Assembly (NCBI GenBank): GCA_001643675.2
Contig: LSRY02000014.1
Span: 992,001 to 1,056,000, forward strand
Direction: 5' to 3'
DNA length: 64,000 bases
Source of the DNA: Monocercomonoides exilis PA203
Lineage: Eukaryota > Protista > Preaxostyla
The notes under the pieces are model-generated. The model did not search any database and was not told where the DNA came from. It saw only the letters and a list, made by a program, of their open reading frames with translations. This document shows, in pieces, positions 36,772 through 49,254 of the stretch (position 1 is its first letter; each line of letters starts with the position of its first letter). Made by a program: the position numbers and the translations under genes.

Positions 36772-37265
36772 TTGCTTTAAGATGTTTTCAGAATCATAAT
36801 TTATTACATATCATTTGTTCAGAATATTTACAAACCTCTAAAATAATTTCAAAATTATTATTTAGATATTTTTATTGTGCAATGTTTATTTTTGTTGACT
36901 GTTGATATCTTCATTTTTCGGAATCAATCCAAAAGAAAGTGATTGATTTTATTGTATTTTTAATTATGAATATTAATAAATTTAAATTTTGAAGTATTCA
37001 ATCGTTTGAATTTGAACATGAAGCGTTTTGCAAATATTTATTTATTTGTCAGTTTGTTTTTGAAATAATGTTTTTTAAGAAAGTTTGACTTTCTATCTTT
37101 AAAATATTTCCCTAACTTTATGTGATTTTCTCATTCTTCAGTGAAAGTGAAATGAACAAAAATAGTGAAATGATATTGAAAATAACACACGACAAATGAT
37201 TCTCCAGGATACTAATGATCTTCTATGACTCGTCTTTGTGATTTCTCCACCAATTTTTCTATTGT

Positions 37266-39557
37266 TCATTGAGCCTGCCCTGGAACAGCCCCCGTCGCAA
37301 TGAATGTCTTCACAATAGCAGCTGATATCGACCGCTCCGTTTTTGACTTCAGCTTCATTGGATCTGCCCTCGTTGGCCTTTCCTTCTTTCCCTGGGCGTC
37401 CTTTCTGTTTCCTGTTTTTCCATGTGCCCGTCCTTGTGCTGTTCTTGTGCTGCGCGTGAAGAAAGACGGCTTGATGGTGTTGATCATCGGCGACATCCCA
37501 GGCGCAAGTAGAGGAAACACAAGCCTGTCTCTATTTGTGCAGTACGATGACCGAGCAAAATGCCTCGATTCTGTAAAGTACATCCGAGGACGCAGAAGAG
37601 GAGTCGTCGAGAGAACAGCCCTGTCCACATTCGGAATAATACGTGGATGGCCCAGCGTACCCACAATCGAAGGAAGCTCTGGCGGGCCATTGAATGGAAA
37701 TGCACTCAGCGGGTCTGGCTCTTCAAATGAACAAGCAAATTGCTTCTGCTTCTGTTCTTGTTCTTGTTCCTCTTTCTGTCTCTCTTTCTGTTCCTGCTCC
37801 TGCAGCTGCAACTGCCGTGCTCTGTGTACTGCCTTGTATTCTGGTGCATTGGGGTCGATCAAGTCCCAGGCGGTGGGGTTGAACGGATTCCATCTGCACT
37901 CCTCTGCCCATTCCCCATCATCTGGTTCACAAATGCCTTCATCTGCTCCTTCTTCTTTTCCACAATCTTCTTCTTCCATCCAACTTTGCCCTTTTCTTCT
38001 CTTCTTCTCTTCTTCAACATCCTTCATTACTGCCTCATAAATGGCTGCTTCAAATCGCGGATCTTCTTCATCCATGTGTATTAGAGGTTCCATCCATTCT
38101 TCAAAGTAAACTGAATTTTTAACATTATCATCTTTTGGCTCAATGTCCATAGAATTTTCTTCCTTTTGCATTTCTCCATCATCTTCCATTGAATTACCCT
38201 TTTTCATATTCAACTCCATTTGATACATATCAAATTTATTCAATTTTTCTTCCACTTTTTGTGTGACGTATTCCTCAAATGTGCATTTCTCCAGCTCCTC
38301 CTTCTTTTTCCATCTAAACACGCCGTTTTTCACAGAAAATGGCACTTTGTCTTTTGGAGGAAACTGATTTTTCACCCAGTCCATATTCTCGTTGGTAAAT
38401 CCATCAGTCAACGGAACACCAATTCTTTCATAACGCTTTGCAGAATCCATTTTTGAGCAAAAATCTTCGGGCATACTTTTTTCCACTTCCATTTTGGTTG
38501 AACAGAAAGAAGATGATGTGCATGAAGATGCAGAAAGAGAAGCAGAAGTTGAAGGAGAAGCAGAAGCAGAAGCAGAATTTTCTGTTGAACTTGGGAAAGA
38601 AGACGAGCATGCTGCAGTTATTGTCCCCTCTGTTTCTTTACTTCCTTCAATGCTCTTTCCTTCCTTATTGCCTTGTGAGTTTTTCCCATACTCCCCATCA
38701 GACTCGCTGTCGCTGCAGCTGTCTTCTTCGTACTGGCCCATGAGTGTGTCTCTTGTCTCCTTCATCATCTGATACTGCCTGTGCTCGTGCCTCCACCGAT
38801 GGTACACACTCGACGCCAGATGCAGCGGCGGGTGAACAAGACAGCCACACACACATCCTCCTTTCAAAGTCGGTGCCACGCCAAACATCGGCACTTGTGC
38901 AATAACTTCCTTCGGAGGCTTTCGCTCTGGTTCTGTGACACTCTCGTCTATTTCTGCTTCTCTTAATTTCTCTTTTCCTCTGCCCTGATCAGCGTCTGCT
39001 GAAGACGAAGGTGAAGTGCTGTCTGGATTTGGATTCGTTTGATTTGAATTGGGGAAAGTGGAAGAGGAATAAATATGCTCCGGAGACGCTGAAAATGAGC
39101 GTTTTCCATCAGAATTTGCAATGCAAGTTGAGCGGCCATCTTCCATCTCGCTCCATCTTTGAATTCTGCCTCTTTCATTTTCATTCCTTTCCTCGCTTTT
39201 GCATTGCCTGTGCTTCCCTTCGCACTTTAGTGCTCTTGATCTCCTTCCATTTCTCCTCTCTTCTTCTCTTTCCTCTCTTTCTTCGATGGCCTTTGTCACG
39301 TTTTCGTATTCCTTTTTGAACACTTTTAGCTGTCTCCCTTTCACACGCAGGTTAACAACAGCGTCTGGAGTTGTTGCTAAGAAAGCAGAGGCAGACCGAT
39401 AAAGCGAAGGAGTAACTGCATACAGCGTCAGGGGATGCATGATGTACCGATGGAGCTGGGGAAGCGTGAATTCGGCTTTCCCCACAACATGATACAGATT
39501 CTGAAGTGGGAATGTCACTGCGAAGAATGTCATTTGGGAGGTGTGTTATTTGATGGG

Positions 39558-39588
<31 letters not shown>

Positions 39589-40981
39589 AAAGGTTAACAG
39601 TTTAACAACAGACAGATGAATATAAAATAAAGTGGAAAAAACGAATTTTTTAAAGAATGACATATAACAAATTCAATTAACAGAAGAAAAAACATATTTC
39701 ATTAGAAAATAAAGAATAAAACTTACATTACAAAAACAATAAAATCACATTGTTATTTTCATTCTCTTTCTTCCTTCATTTCACATCAAAAAGAAGAAGA
39801 AGAAGAAGAAGAAGATCACACCATCAATTTCTTCTTCAAACAGGTTGAATGAGTACACTTGCTTTTGATAGGCCATTGCGATTTCCAGCGCTGTTTGAGT
39901 GATTCCAACAGAAAACGAGGTTCCCACAAACACCATTATGTCGCAATCGACCATCCATCTTGCAGCCGTTTCCCAATTATAATACGAATGCGAACAATAT
40001 GTCTCATCAAAAAAAAGTGATAAGGGCATCAGATATTCGCTACAGCGTGGACATAACGGGGGCTGAATCCTCAGATTTCCCGCTTCCATTGATGTTCCGT
40101 CGAGGGCAAGTCTTGAGAAATCAACGTAATCCACATATGAATCTTTTCCATTGACACAATTACTTCCAGTGCTATCCAACGATACAGCATTAAAACAGAA
40201 ATGCAATTTATATTTGAAAATATATTTGAATATTAATTAATCTTTTTAATTTACATGCCATCGGTAATAACCCAAGCGCCCATGGATCTCGACAATATGT
40301 TGTGGAATAAATGCAGTTTTGTGATGTAATCGATCAATATTTTGAGTGCTAAAAATCAATTATTCAAAAAAGATGCATAAAAATATTTTTTCGAAATTAT
40401 TATAATGAAAAAATCAATTAAGATATGCAATCGAAGCCAAACATAATTTTAGCGTTACTAATTTTTGATATTTGGGATAATGCGTGATGACCATTGTTAG
40501 GCTTTGCACTCAAAAACTGCAAAGATTCGTGAGTTCGAAGCCAAAATTCATTCCACCTTTTTTTTTAAAGTTGTGCATTAGGCATGAAATCATTATTATT
40601 TTAACAGCAATAAAAATATAAATATTAAATGTGTAAAATATTAAAATAAAGCTTTCTCTATTGGATAGTTAAAAAACAATATGTCAAACCATTTCGCAGG
40701 GTTCTTTTTGAACTTCTTTCGAGTACCCCAATCTAAAACAAATTTTGACCAAATAGCATTCTTTGTTCCACGATATGGAGCAATACCACTTGCCACGCTC
40801 AAACTTCAAATAAATAATATTTGGATGAAAGAAATATAAATTTTTGCAATTTTCTTTTCACAATTAGAGCATCAAACCCTGCTCCCGTAACAAAAACAAC
40901 AGCTGCTCCTGTCCTTATAGAATGCGCCAAAGACTTCAGATAAGCTTCTGTCCTATTCTTGAGTCTTTCGCTCGCTTCCAT
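37266..40981 (-). CDS. Sir2-family NAD-dependent deacylase with ~740-aa C-terminal extension (about 5 introns)
   Basis: Spliced exons give VVFVTGAGLSVASGIAPYRG, KPNNGHHAL, ITQNIDRLH, VEIHG, RCTGSNC...CPRC...LMP...FFDE, VFVGTSF and YSFN. HVVGKAEFTLPQL, the terminal sirtuin strand/helix, lies near the start of ORF 37266..39533. Confidence 0.9.
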
Positions 40982-41566
40982 CTTTTCTTATGTTTTTGAT
41001 CAATATGCTAAATAAAATAAATCAAAGAAATTTCTTTCTTTATTAAATAAATAAATTTTTCCTTTATTTTTTCCAAATACTTGAAAATTTATGTTGAATT
41101 AACTTTCATGTCAGAACTTCATTTAATTTTCAAAATTAATGTTTGTTTGTCTGTCAATGAGTCATTGCGTTGAGTGAAAATTCAATTTGTAATCATTTAC
41201 TCACTCTTTCATGTTTTGGTGTTCTATATGAAATAATAAAATTTTAAGTCCTTTTAAATTAATAATTAGTATGTCCACAACAAAGTCAAAAGTTTTTTCA
41301 TTGTTGTCATTTCTAAAGTTTTTAAAAGTCAATAATTGAGACAAAAAAATGAATTTTTTTAAAGAAATAATATTTAACTATAATTAACAATAAAAAAATA
41401 CAAGTTTTTTTCTTCAACACATGCATCATCACTTAAACTTTTTTGCGAAAAACAAGAAACAATGAATTTGATTGCGCAACACATTTTTGATTTCTTTTAT
41501 AAGATATTACTTAAACCTCGGCGTCACCCTGAAAAACAGAATCATTCGTCAGTCACTTCGTCACTC

Positions 41567-41568
<2 letters not shown>

Positions 41569-41619
<51 letters not shown>
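41569..41619. repeat. Poly-T tract (51 nt) just inside the left hAT end
   Basis: Direct reading of the sequence. Confidence 0.95.
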
Positions 41620-41623
<4 letters not shown>

Positions 41624-43333
41624 GAAAAATAATATTTGATTCTTTTTATGCAATCGATTATTGTTTTTGATAATGTTTTAAAAAATGAAAAAAATGTTAA
41701 AATAGACCCATTCTAAAATTTTAAAAATATATTGTCTGACTTTTGATAATGGAAAACATCAAATTCTTTTAATTTTTGATAGAGCTAATAAGGAATGCTG
41801 CACACCTCAATAATAAACATGAAAATTATATTCAAACATTCTGGATTCCTACGGGAACAGAAACATTTTTTAAAGATCAGTATCGTGGAAAAACATGATG
41901 TCATTATTCATAATCTAAGAAAATAGAAGTTGAAACTTTCACAAGTTTGATAAAGAATTTCTGATCTCTTTATCTATCCATTTTATTACATTTTATTGTT
42001 TTGCTTTTGTTGTTTGATATCTTTCATTTTTTGCTTTCAAACATATTTTCAATGCACTGTTCATTGCTTTTTTCAACTTTTTCTTCTTTTTAATTCATCA
42101 CCGCTTTTCATCAAAAGTGAACAAAACGCAATGATTGTGAAAAATGTGTTCACTATTTAATGATTATCCATTATCATCTTATTTAAGTTCTTTGCCTCTC
42201 AGTTCTCTGACTGCTGTGATTTTTCATTCATTGCACTTCTGCCTTTCAGAACGAAATTCATTCATGTTGCAGTAGCACATACTCAGCCTCCTCCCCATCG
42301 AATAATTCGTCTTCTTCGGTTGGCGACTTTTTTAAGCCAGTGTGGTGGCATTGCTTTGAAAAGTAAGCACTCAGCACCTTCGTGAAGAGCGTCTTTGATG
42401 CAACCATGGTCTCTTCAGCAGAGCGCAAACAGTGGGACAACTACTAAAGATCATTGCATTTAAGACTCCATATCACGCAGACATTAGTGAATAGCTTCGC
42501 TTCTTTCTTCTAACGTTTGTTCAAAATCATTTTCTTCTTTCTGAGCTTTTCATCCTTTTCGATCTTCGTCAAACAAACAAAAGAATTTCAATTGGAATGT
42601 CTGCTCTTCTTTCACTTCCTTGTCTTCCTTCTTTTCATTTTCTTTGTTATTGTTGTTATAATTGTTTTTTTTTCAAAAAATCAATTTTGATTCAATTTTT
42701 GTTGGGAAATCCTCAATATTTGATTTTTAAATTGAGAAATTTCCTTTCATCTTTTCCTTTTTTTAAGTTTTTTTGATAATTGTGTTTAATGTTAAAAATC
42801 GTTCTATCATTTGCTTCCTTATGCTTTTATTAATTAAATGATGTAAAGTTGACCTCAAATTCCAATCAATTAAGTGTTTTGAAAGTTATTAATTAAAAAT
42901 TGGATAAAGGATATTCTGAGCAATTTGGAGCATTGGAATTTTTGCACGGAATCGAACATGACAGAAAACTACCATTTTCCCAGAGGCGTTGTACTTATAA
43001 TCCCATGAATGTTTGTAAAAATTTCAATATTTTCAAAAAACATAAACTGAAAGAAAATTTCTATCATTTTAAAAATCATCTTTTTTCATATTAAAGGCAC
43101 TAGGATTTAATATATTTGCTTTCTCAACGAACATCGAGGCCTCCTTTTCATTTGCATCTTGTCTTTTGCATAATCCATTTGTGATAATAAATAATGATCA
43201 TGATATTTTATATTCATTTTTATATATGAGGAAATTAGCACGTTCTACTCTTTTGAGCAAGTCGTTTGTTCCGATATGCATGTAATTTTATTCTTGGCTT
43301 GAAGTTGTTCCTCCTTGAAATGCTGATCAGTCC

Positions 43334-44290
43334 ATGGAAATTGACAGTTACATCAATTTTCAACTGATCGCGAAAAAGTCTTCCAAATTTCAATCGGATT
43401 TGAAAAAGAATACACAAGAATGCAGCAACTTTTATGAGGGAAAGAAGAAAAGCGGTGCAGATGCATTTTTCACTGCGACACAAACAGCTGGAGTGAACTT
43501 TCATTCTGTCGAGCAACAGAAGAGAAGTACAATTTGGCCATCACGAAGCTCAACCGGTTCTTCGAAATGCGACATCTCGATCTCATCTGCAGCAACGGAA
43601 TTGAATTTTGGCGAGCCACTGTACACTTTGCGAAAGAGGGCACAGAAGATGATTTTCCGAAGCAGGACATGATTGCGCTGGCAGAGCTGTGGAGAGAAGG
43701 CTGCGGGTGGCTGGTGCCTGACGGGGCAGCGGCGTTCTTTGCGAAGTGGGAAGACGGAGGCATTTTGAACGAGGTTCCTCTGCTGGTTGAAAAGCGGGTG
43801 TTTGCGATGCTGCAGACGAAGCCTCTTTTTCCGGTGAAGATAAACTTTGTACTTGACGTGTTGTTGTACTGTTATCCAGTCATTCTGAGGGAGAATAGCA
43901 GCCTTTTTGATTCGCTAGTGCATATGGGAAACAGTGAAGCCACGATCGATTATGTTGCACATTCTGTGGGGTATGGGCAGAGACAAGCAGATGAGCACAT
44001 TTTGGAACAACGGGAGAGAGACAAAGAGAAGGAAGAAAACAACGAAGAAAAAAACCCCAGTGGTTAACGATGCAATGCTTTCAGATGTTGAGCTGCTTCA
44101 TGCCGCGCTGCAGCTGGGATGTCAGTACATTGAAGAGAATGCATTCAACTATTTTAGCTCTGCCTGGTTGAAATACTGGCTGGAGAATATGTTTGTACAA
44201 AGTAGCTGTTTGAGGAGCTGATGTGCCTGTCGCTCAGAGGATAAGAGCAGTTGCGTGGCAAAGGGGAAACAAGAGAGAAGGAGATGAAGA

Positions 44291-44378
<88 letters not shown>

Positions 44379-45755
44379 GAGAAGAAGAAGAAGAAGGAGG
44401 AGGAGGAGGAGAAGAAGAAGAAAAAGAAGAAGAAGAAGAAGGAGAAGAAGAAGAAGGAGGAGGAGAAGAAGAAGAAGAAGAAGAAGAAGAAGAAGAAGAA
44501 GAAGAAGAAGAAGAAGAAGAAGAAGAAGAAGAAGAAGAAGAAGAAGAAGAAGAAGAAGAAGAAAAAGAAGAAGAAGAAGAAGAAGAAGACGAAGAAGAAG
44601 AAGAAGAAGAAGAAGGAGAAGAAGAAGAAGAAGGAGGAGGAGGAGGAGAAGAAAAAGAAGAAGAAGAAGAAGAAGAAGAAGAAGAAGAAGAAGAAGAAGA
44701 AGAAGAAGAAGAAGAAGAAGAAGAAGAAGAAGAAGAAAAGAAGAAGAAGGAGGAGGAGGAGGAGAAGGAGAAGAAAAAGAAGAAGAAGAAGAAGAAGAAG
44801 AAGACGAAGAAGAAGAAGAAGAAGAAGAAGAAGAAGAAGAAAAAGAAGAAGAAGAAGAAGAAGGAGAAAAAGAAGGAGGAGGAGGAGAAGGAGAAGAAAA
44901 AGAAGAAGAAGAAGAAGAAGAAGAAGACGAAGAAGAAGAAGAAGAAGAAGGAGGAGGAGGAGAAGAAGAAGAAGAAGAAGAAGAAGAAGAAGAAGAAGAA
45001 GAAGAAGAAGGAGAAGAAGAAGAAGGAGGAGGAGGAGGAGAAGAAAAAGAAGAAGAAGAAGAAGAAGAAGAAGACGAAGAAGAAGAAGAAGAAGAAGAAG
45101 AAGAAGAAGAAGAAGAAGAAGAAGAAGAAGAAGACGAAGACGAAGAAGAAGAATGCTGGGTGAGAAGAAAAGGGAAATGACAAAGTATATCATCGAGTAG
45201 AAACAAAGTGAACATCAAAATATGAACGGAAATAACAATCAAAAGCAAACAGAACGAGAATGAAGGTCAGTTAGCATCTTCAACTTTTTCAACTTCTTTT
45301 CCTCCTCCTGCTCTCTTCCATTTGAATTCACCGTGGGGTTTCCGTTCGTGCTGTCATTGTCTGCGGAGCAGCTGCTTGTGCAGATGACGTGTGAGGCGCA
45401 TCGTGTGGCGATAGCGTTTCTATCAGAAGAAATGAGGAAAGAAGCTCGTGAAATGAAGAAGAAGATGGAGAAGATGTGGATGAAGAAGAAGAAAGAGAAA
45501 GAGAAAGAGAAAGATACGAAGAATACTTTAATAGATGAGTTGAGAATGGAATTTCAAAAAAAGAGTAGAGAAGTGGAAGAGTTGATGAGATCAGTGAAAT
45601 TTTTGATTGATTTGTATGTTTCAGATGCGTTGTATTTGTTTGAGATTCCAAGCTCTTTTCATTCCAATCCAAAGACACAGCTTCAAAGGAAATTTCTGTT
45701 TGGAGACAAAGTCTATTTGATTATTGTTAGAATCACCTCAAACACTGCTAATTGA
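43334..45755 (+). pseudogene. Fragmented gene-like cargo inside the hAT element
   Basis: Consecutive GC-richer protein-like ORF pieces in shifting frames (43334-43672, 43534-44067, ~44060-44221, 45333-45755), interrupted by a GAA expansion. No family recognised. Confidence 0.5.
44286..45153. repeat. ~870-bp (GAA)n microsatellite with GGA/GAC/AAA interruptions forming higher-order units
   Basis: Direct reading; the + strand is almost purely purine. Confidence 0.97.
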
Positions 45756-45822
45756 GAAGGGAAAAGAAATTATAACAACAATATGAATAAGCCGAATTTT
45801 AATTCAAATTGAACAATCATGA

Positions 45823-45934
45823 CTTCTTCTTCTTCCTCTTCTTCCTCTTCTTCCTCTTCTTCCTCTTCTTCCTCTTCTTCCTCTTCTTCCTCTTCTTCCT
45901 CTTCTTCCTCGTCTTCAACTTCTTCTTCTTCTTC
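45823..45934. repeat. (TCTTCC)n/(TTC)n repeat
   Basis: Direct reading; would encode poly-Glu on the minus strand. Confidence 0.9.
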
Positions 45935-46665
45935 TTTTAATCTTCTAACTAAAAATTTTGAATGGTAGGATCCTCCATTATCATCTTCAAATCTTGTTTG
46001 GGTAAACAGATGCCTCAAAGTAATTTTTTTTCCATTATGCAACTTCAAAACTCCCACTTCTATTTTTCCTTCTTTCTGCATTGCACTCCCATTACACCAC
46101 AATATCCCTCACAGCTTTCATTATTATATTTTCTTCTTCGTGCTTGACTTTTCTAAAGCTACATTCCCACTTGAATCTAACTCATTTAACAATCTCTTCT
46201 TCGTTCGCTCAGTCCACGTCTGTGACTTCTCACGAATCAAAAGTTAAATCCTTGCTGACATTCCGCTATATGATCAGAAAGAAGATGCGCTTGCACTTCT
46301 TTCATGCGAGTTGTTCTTCATCTGCGTCCGACTTTTCTTCTCACTCTTATAAAAACAGAGCAGAGAAATGAATATCTGTTCCTTTAGGCAAAGATAACTC
46401 GTTCGGTGAACTTATCTTAAAGAATTCAACAGTCGCTGCACGGATGATAATGGAGATGGATCTGTTGGAACTGGAAGAAGGAAGTGAAAGCTCAAGGAGT
46501 GAAGCGGCTGATGCATCAGAAACTATGTGCGTAGAAATGCTCAAATGTTGAAGAATGAATGAATGTTTCAATTTTGGTAATAAAATATGAGAAGATATAT
46601 GTTTATTCGCATGTTAATGATAAACCTGAAATGAAAATGAAAAGAACAAGGAGTTTAATATATTA

Positions 46666-49254
46666 TTAAATATGCAACAAGCAGTTCAAAGTGTCAATTG
46701 ACAAACTCTGACGTCTTTCTCCCACAATTCTTCGAGCCCTGGAAAATAATCTTTCACAAAAACATTCGCTGCACGGAGATTGGATTAGGCTGTATGCAAA
46801 TGATGAGTAAATTTTGTGAATATCGCTTTTTCGAAACATATTGGAATAATAAATGAATGAATCATCTTCGATCACACATTTTTCAATTTCCTTTTTTTCC
46901 AAAGATCTCTGAAACAACAGCAAACAACCTTCTATTATTTCTCCTTTTTCTTGACCAATAAAACTTTGAAAAGTCTCCCTAAAGCTGCAGACCATCCTCC
47001 CATGCCAATCTCCAAACACTGCATCAAAAATATCGAGCATTGATTTCTCTTCCAGTTCGAAATTATGTGAATGGATTCTTCTCACTGATCCAAATGTCCC
47101 AAGGCACATTACGTCATCATTTTCAACATATTCCTCCTCCAGTTCATGTAAATCATCATTTGTTGAGCAACAACATTCTTCCTCCTCATCCATTGTATTG
47201 ACACTTTTTTGTTGTTCATCAAAATATGTCTTCTTTTCTTCTTTGGAATGATGTGCATTATCCGTTGGATTTCTTTCATCAAAATCTTCCATATATTCAT
47301 CGTCAATTGCTTCGTTTTCTGCACATAATAATCCGAACAGATCTTCATCATACTCATCCTCTGATTCGTCCGCGCTGCTTTCCATCTCCACTGATAATGA
47401 GCTTGTTCGAAGAGTTTCAATGTATTTCAATAAATCTATTAACATATTATTTGAGCTTTTTTGGAAATTTTGTTGATCATTAACAAAAGGAATCAAACCA
47501 AATTCATCATTCATTGTGTAAATATTTTTTTGTTTGCATAGTCTTTCTTTTTGGATATTTTGCATTGTTTCGCTAAAAGCAGTCGCTGACAATAAAGAAA
47601 CTGAAGATTGCAATGAAGCTGGAGAAATTGATCCGGATAAATCGTTTGTGAATGAGCTCTGGATGTGTTCCCCCAAAATGCTTGCACTTGTCCATATTGA
47701 TGTGGCAGAGGAAGAAAAACTCGAAGATAATTGATAATCCGCAGAAGGAGAAGATTCTAAAATAGAAAATGAATGAAAAATTAATTTATCAAAAGAAATA
47801 CCTCCTTTTTCTTGGGCTTTTTTTCCCTTCATAGTTTTCGCAACTCTTGGATCCAAAATGAAACAGCTGTTTCGAAAGTTTGCAGCTCCTTCTGGCTTAA
47901 GAACATATGATAAAGCGTACAAACTTCCTCGATTATCTGCAAGCGTGTAGTTAAATAATAAAACAAGAATGTCTGTCAAAGCATTATGCCAATTCTGTTC
48001 ATGAAATATATTTGTTGAAAAGAAAGAATAATAAACTGTGAATGCAGAAATCAAGGAAGGAAAAACATCACTCAGTTTTGATTCATTTTTTTCAAACGAT
48101 AAATGAAGGATTTGAAGCGGAAATAAGAGAATTTCCGTTAAAGCAATTGATATTAGTTCTTCATTACACAACAGGCCTAACTCTTTGATCGTGTTTGCGT
48201 GTATTCGAATAAATGAACATATTTGATACAAAGCAAGCCACCGTGTGCTTACAAATGTTGGGCATCTTTTATGAAGTTTTTTTTGGTTGGAAGATAAATG
48301 GGCTTCTTGACAAAAATGTAACAGAATGTTTTTAACTTTCGATAGTGTTGAATTTTCTGAAAATGAATGAACAATAACAAGATTGACTAGATGATTGAGA
48401 CAATATATGACAATTGGCTTTGGTTTCTTTTCCATGATAGATTTAACCAATGGATTTTTGTGATCATGAATTGAGAGTTTGTTCAATGCTATCATTTGTG
48501 ATTTAAGTCCATCTACACAAAAGCCTCTAACCACTGCTCCTACGGAATGAAGATCAACAATTATTGAACTGCACAAATTGTAGAAATCATCTTGTGTTTG
48601 ACATCCATTGAATAATTTCCAAAATAATGGAATTGATTTTGGTAATAATGGAACAATTCCGATTGCCATGTATTTTTTCCCTCCAATAATTGCACCGTCC
48701 ATAATAACATATACAGGTTGATTTGCGACCGATTCATACAGCCTTCTCATTTGTGAGATTTCTTGCTTTTTAAGCATTATAGCGATTTTCTTTTCACTTA
48801 GAACTGGAAAAATATCTTCTCTTTTCAATTCAGGGTTTGATTGTGAAGCATGAATGAGAGAAGTGATGAAATTATTTAATTCCTTCGAGGCAGCTGAAAG
48901 AAATGAAATGTTGCACTGCTTGATAACCTTGAGGAAATCGTTGAGTAACTCTAATTTTGCGTTGTTTGCAGATCGAGAAATTGATGCAATCACTCTTGTT
49001 TCTGAATTGACTGAATGGTTTGAATAAGAGAAAAAATCAAGAATTGAAGAAGATTGATAAATAGGACAAATATGGCCATATATGAGTTTCGAATTTTTTC
49101 TTCCAGTTGCGGCACAGTTTTGTCCATTTTTTGAATTAGGACAAAGGAAAAGCCGATGTACTCCTTTTGCCGAAGAGATGGACACTGATTTTGGAGAGAA
49201 TGAAATGAAAAGTTTTCCATTGACCTGTTCAAATTTCAGTTTCGTCATATACAT
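46666..49254 (-). CDS. hAT transposase (862 aa, intact ORF)
   Basis: VYVIMDG (first Asp), GFCVDG (second Asp), YCLNHLVNL (CxxH), STRW, and the C-terminal dimerisation domain SECFCERLFSRARRIVGERRQSLS (catalytic Glu). A possible degenerate BED finger C-x8-C-x13-H-x-C lies at the N-terminus. Confidence 0.93.
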   Translation of the reverse strand: MYMTKLKFEQVNGKLFISFSPKSVSISSAKGVHRLFLCPNSKNGQNCAATGRKNSKLIYGHICPIYQSSSILDFFSYSNHSVNSETRVIASISRSANNAKLELLNDFLKVIKQCNISFLSAASKELNNFITSLIHASQSNPELKREDIFPVLSEKKIAIMLKKQEISQMRRLYESVANQPVYVIMDGAIIGGKKYMAIGIVPLLPKSIPLFWKLFNGCQTQDDFYNLCSSIIVDLHSVGAVVRGFCVDGLKSQMIALNKLSIHDHKNPLVKSIMEKKPKPIVIYCLNHLVNLVIVHSFSENSTLSKVKNILLHFCQEAHLSSNQKKLHKRCPTFVSTRWLALYQICSFIRIHANTIKELGLLCNEELISIALTEILLFPLQILHLSFEKNESKLSDVFPSLISAFTVYYSFFSTNIFHEQNWHNALTDILVLLFNYTLADNRGSLYALSYVLKPEGAANFRNSCFILDPRVAKTMKGKKAQEKGGISFDKLIFHSFSILESSPSADYQLSSSFSSSATSIWTSASILGEHIQSSFTNDLSGSISPASLQSSVSLLSATAFSETMQNIQKERLCKQKNIYTMNDEFGLIPFVNDQQNFQKSSNNMLIDLLKYIETLRTSSLSVEMESSADESEDEYDEDLFGLLCAENEAIDDEYMEDFDERNPTDNAHHSKEEKKTYFDEQQKSVNTMDEEEECCCSTNDDLHELEEEYVENDDVMCLGTFGSVRRIHSHNFELEEKSMLDIFDAVFGDWHGRMVCSFRETFQSFIGQEKGEIIEGCLLLFQRSLEKKEIEKCVIEDDSFIYYSNMFRKSDIHKIYSSFAYSLIQSPCSECFCERLFSRARRIVGERRQSLSIDTLNCLLHI

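Noticed and set aside
2830-40981. Host-wide TAA/TAG=Gln genetic code
   Set aside because: Host genes terminate at TAA/TAG at expected C-termini (RPC31, Clp1, WDR12), and multi-kb ORFs contain no internal TAR codons.
41158-41166. ATGAGTCAT (AP-1/GCN4-like site) upstream of the sirtuin
   Set aside because: A single 9-mer in AT-rich DNA, with no evidence that the cognate factor exists here.
41569-41619. Poly-T inside the hAT end as the poly(A) tail of a retrocopy
   Set aside because: Similar long T tracts occur elsewhere in ordinary intergenic and intronic DNA (about 11679, 21995, 36457), and no separate TSD was found.
44149-45248. 300-360-aa ORFs of poly-Lys/Arg/Glu/Phe/Ser/Leu in five frames
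   Set aside because: Artefacts of the stop-free (GAA)n microsatellite.
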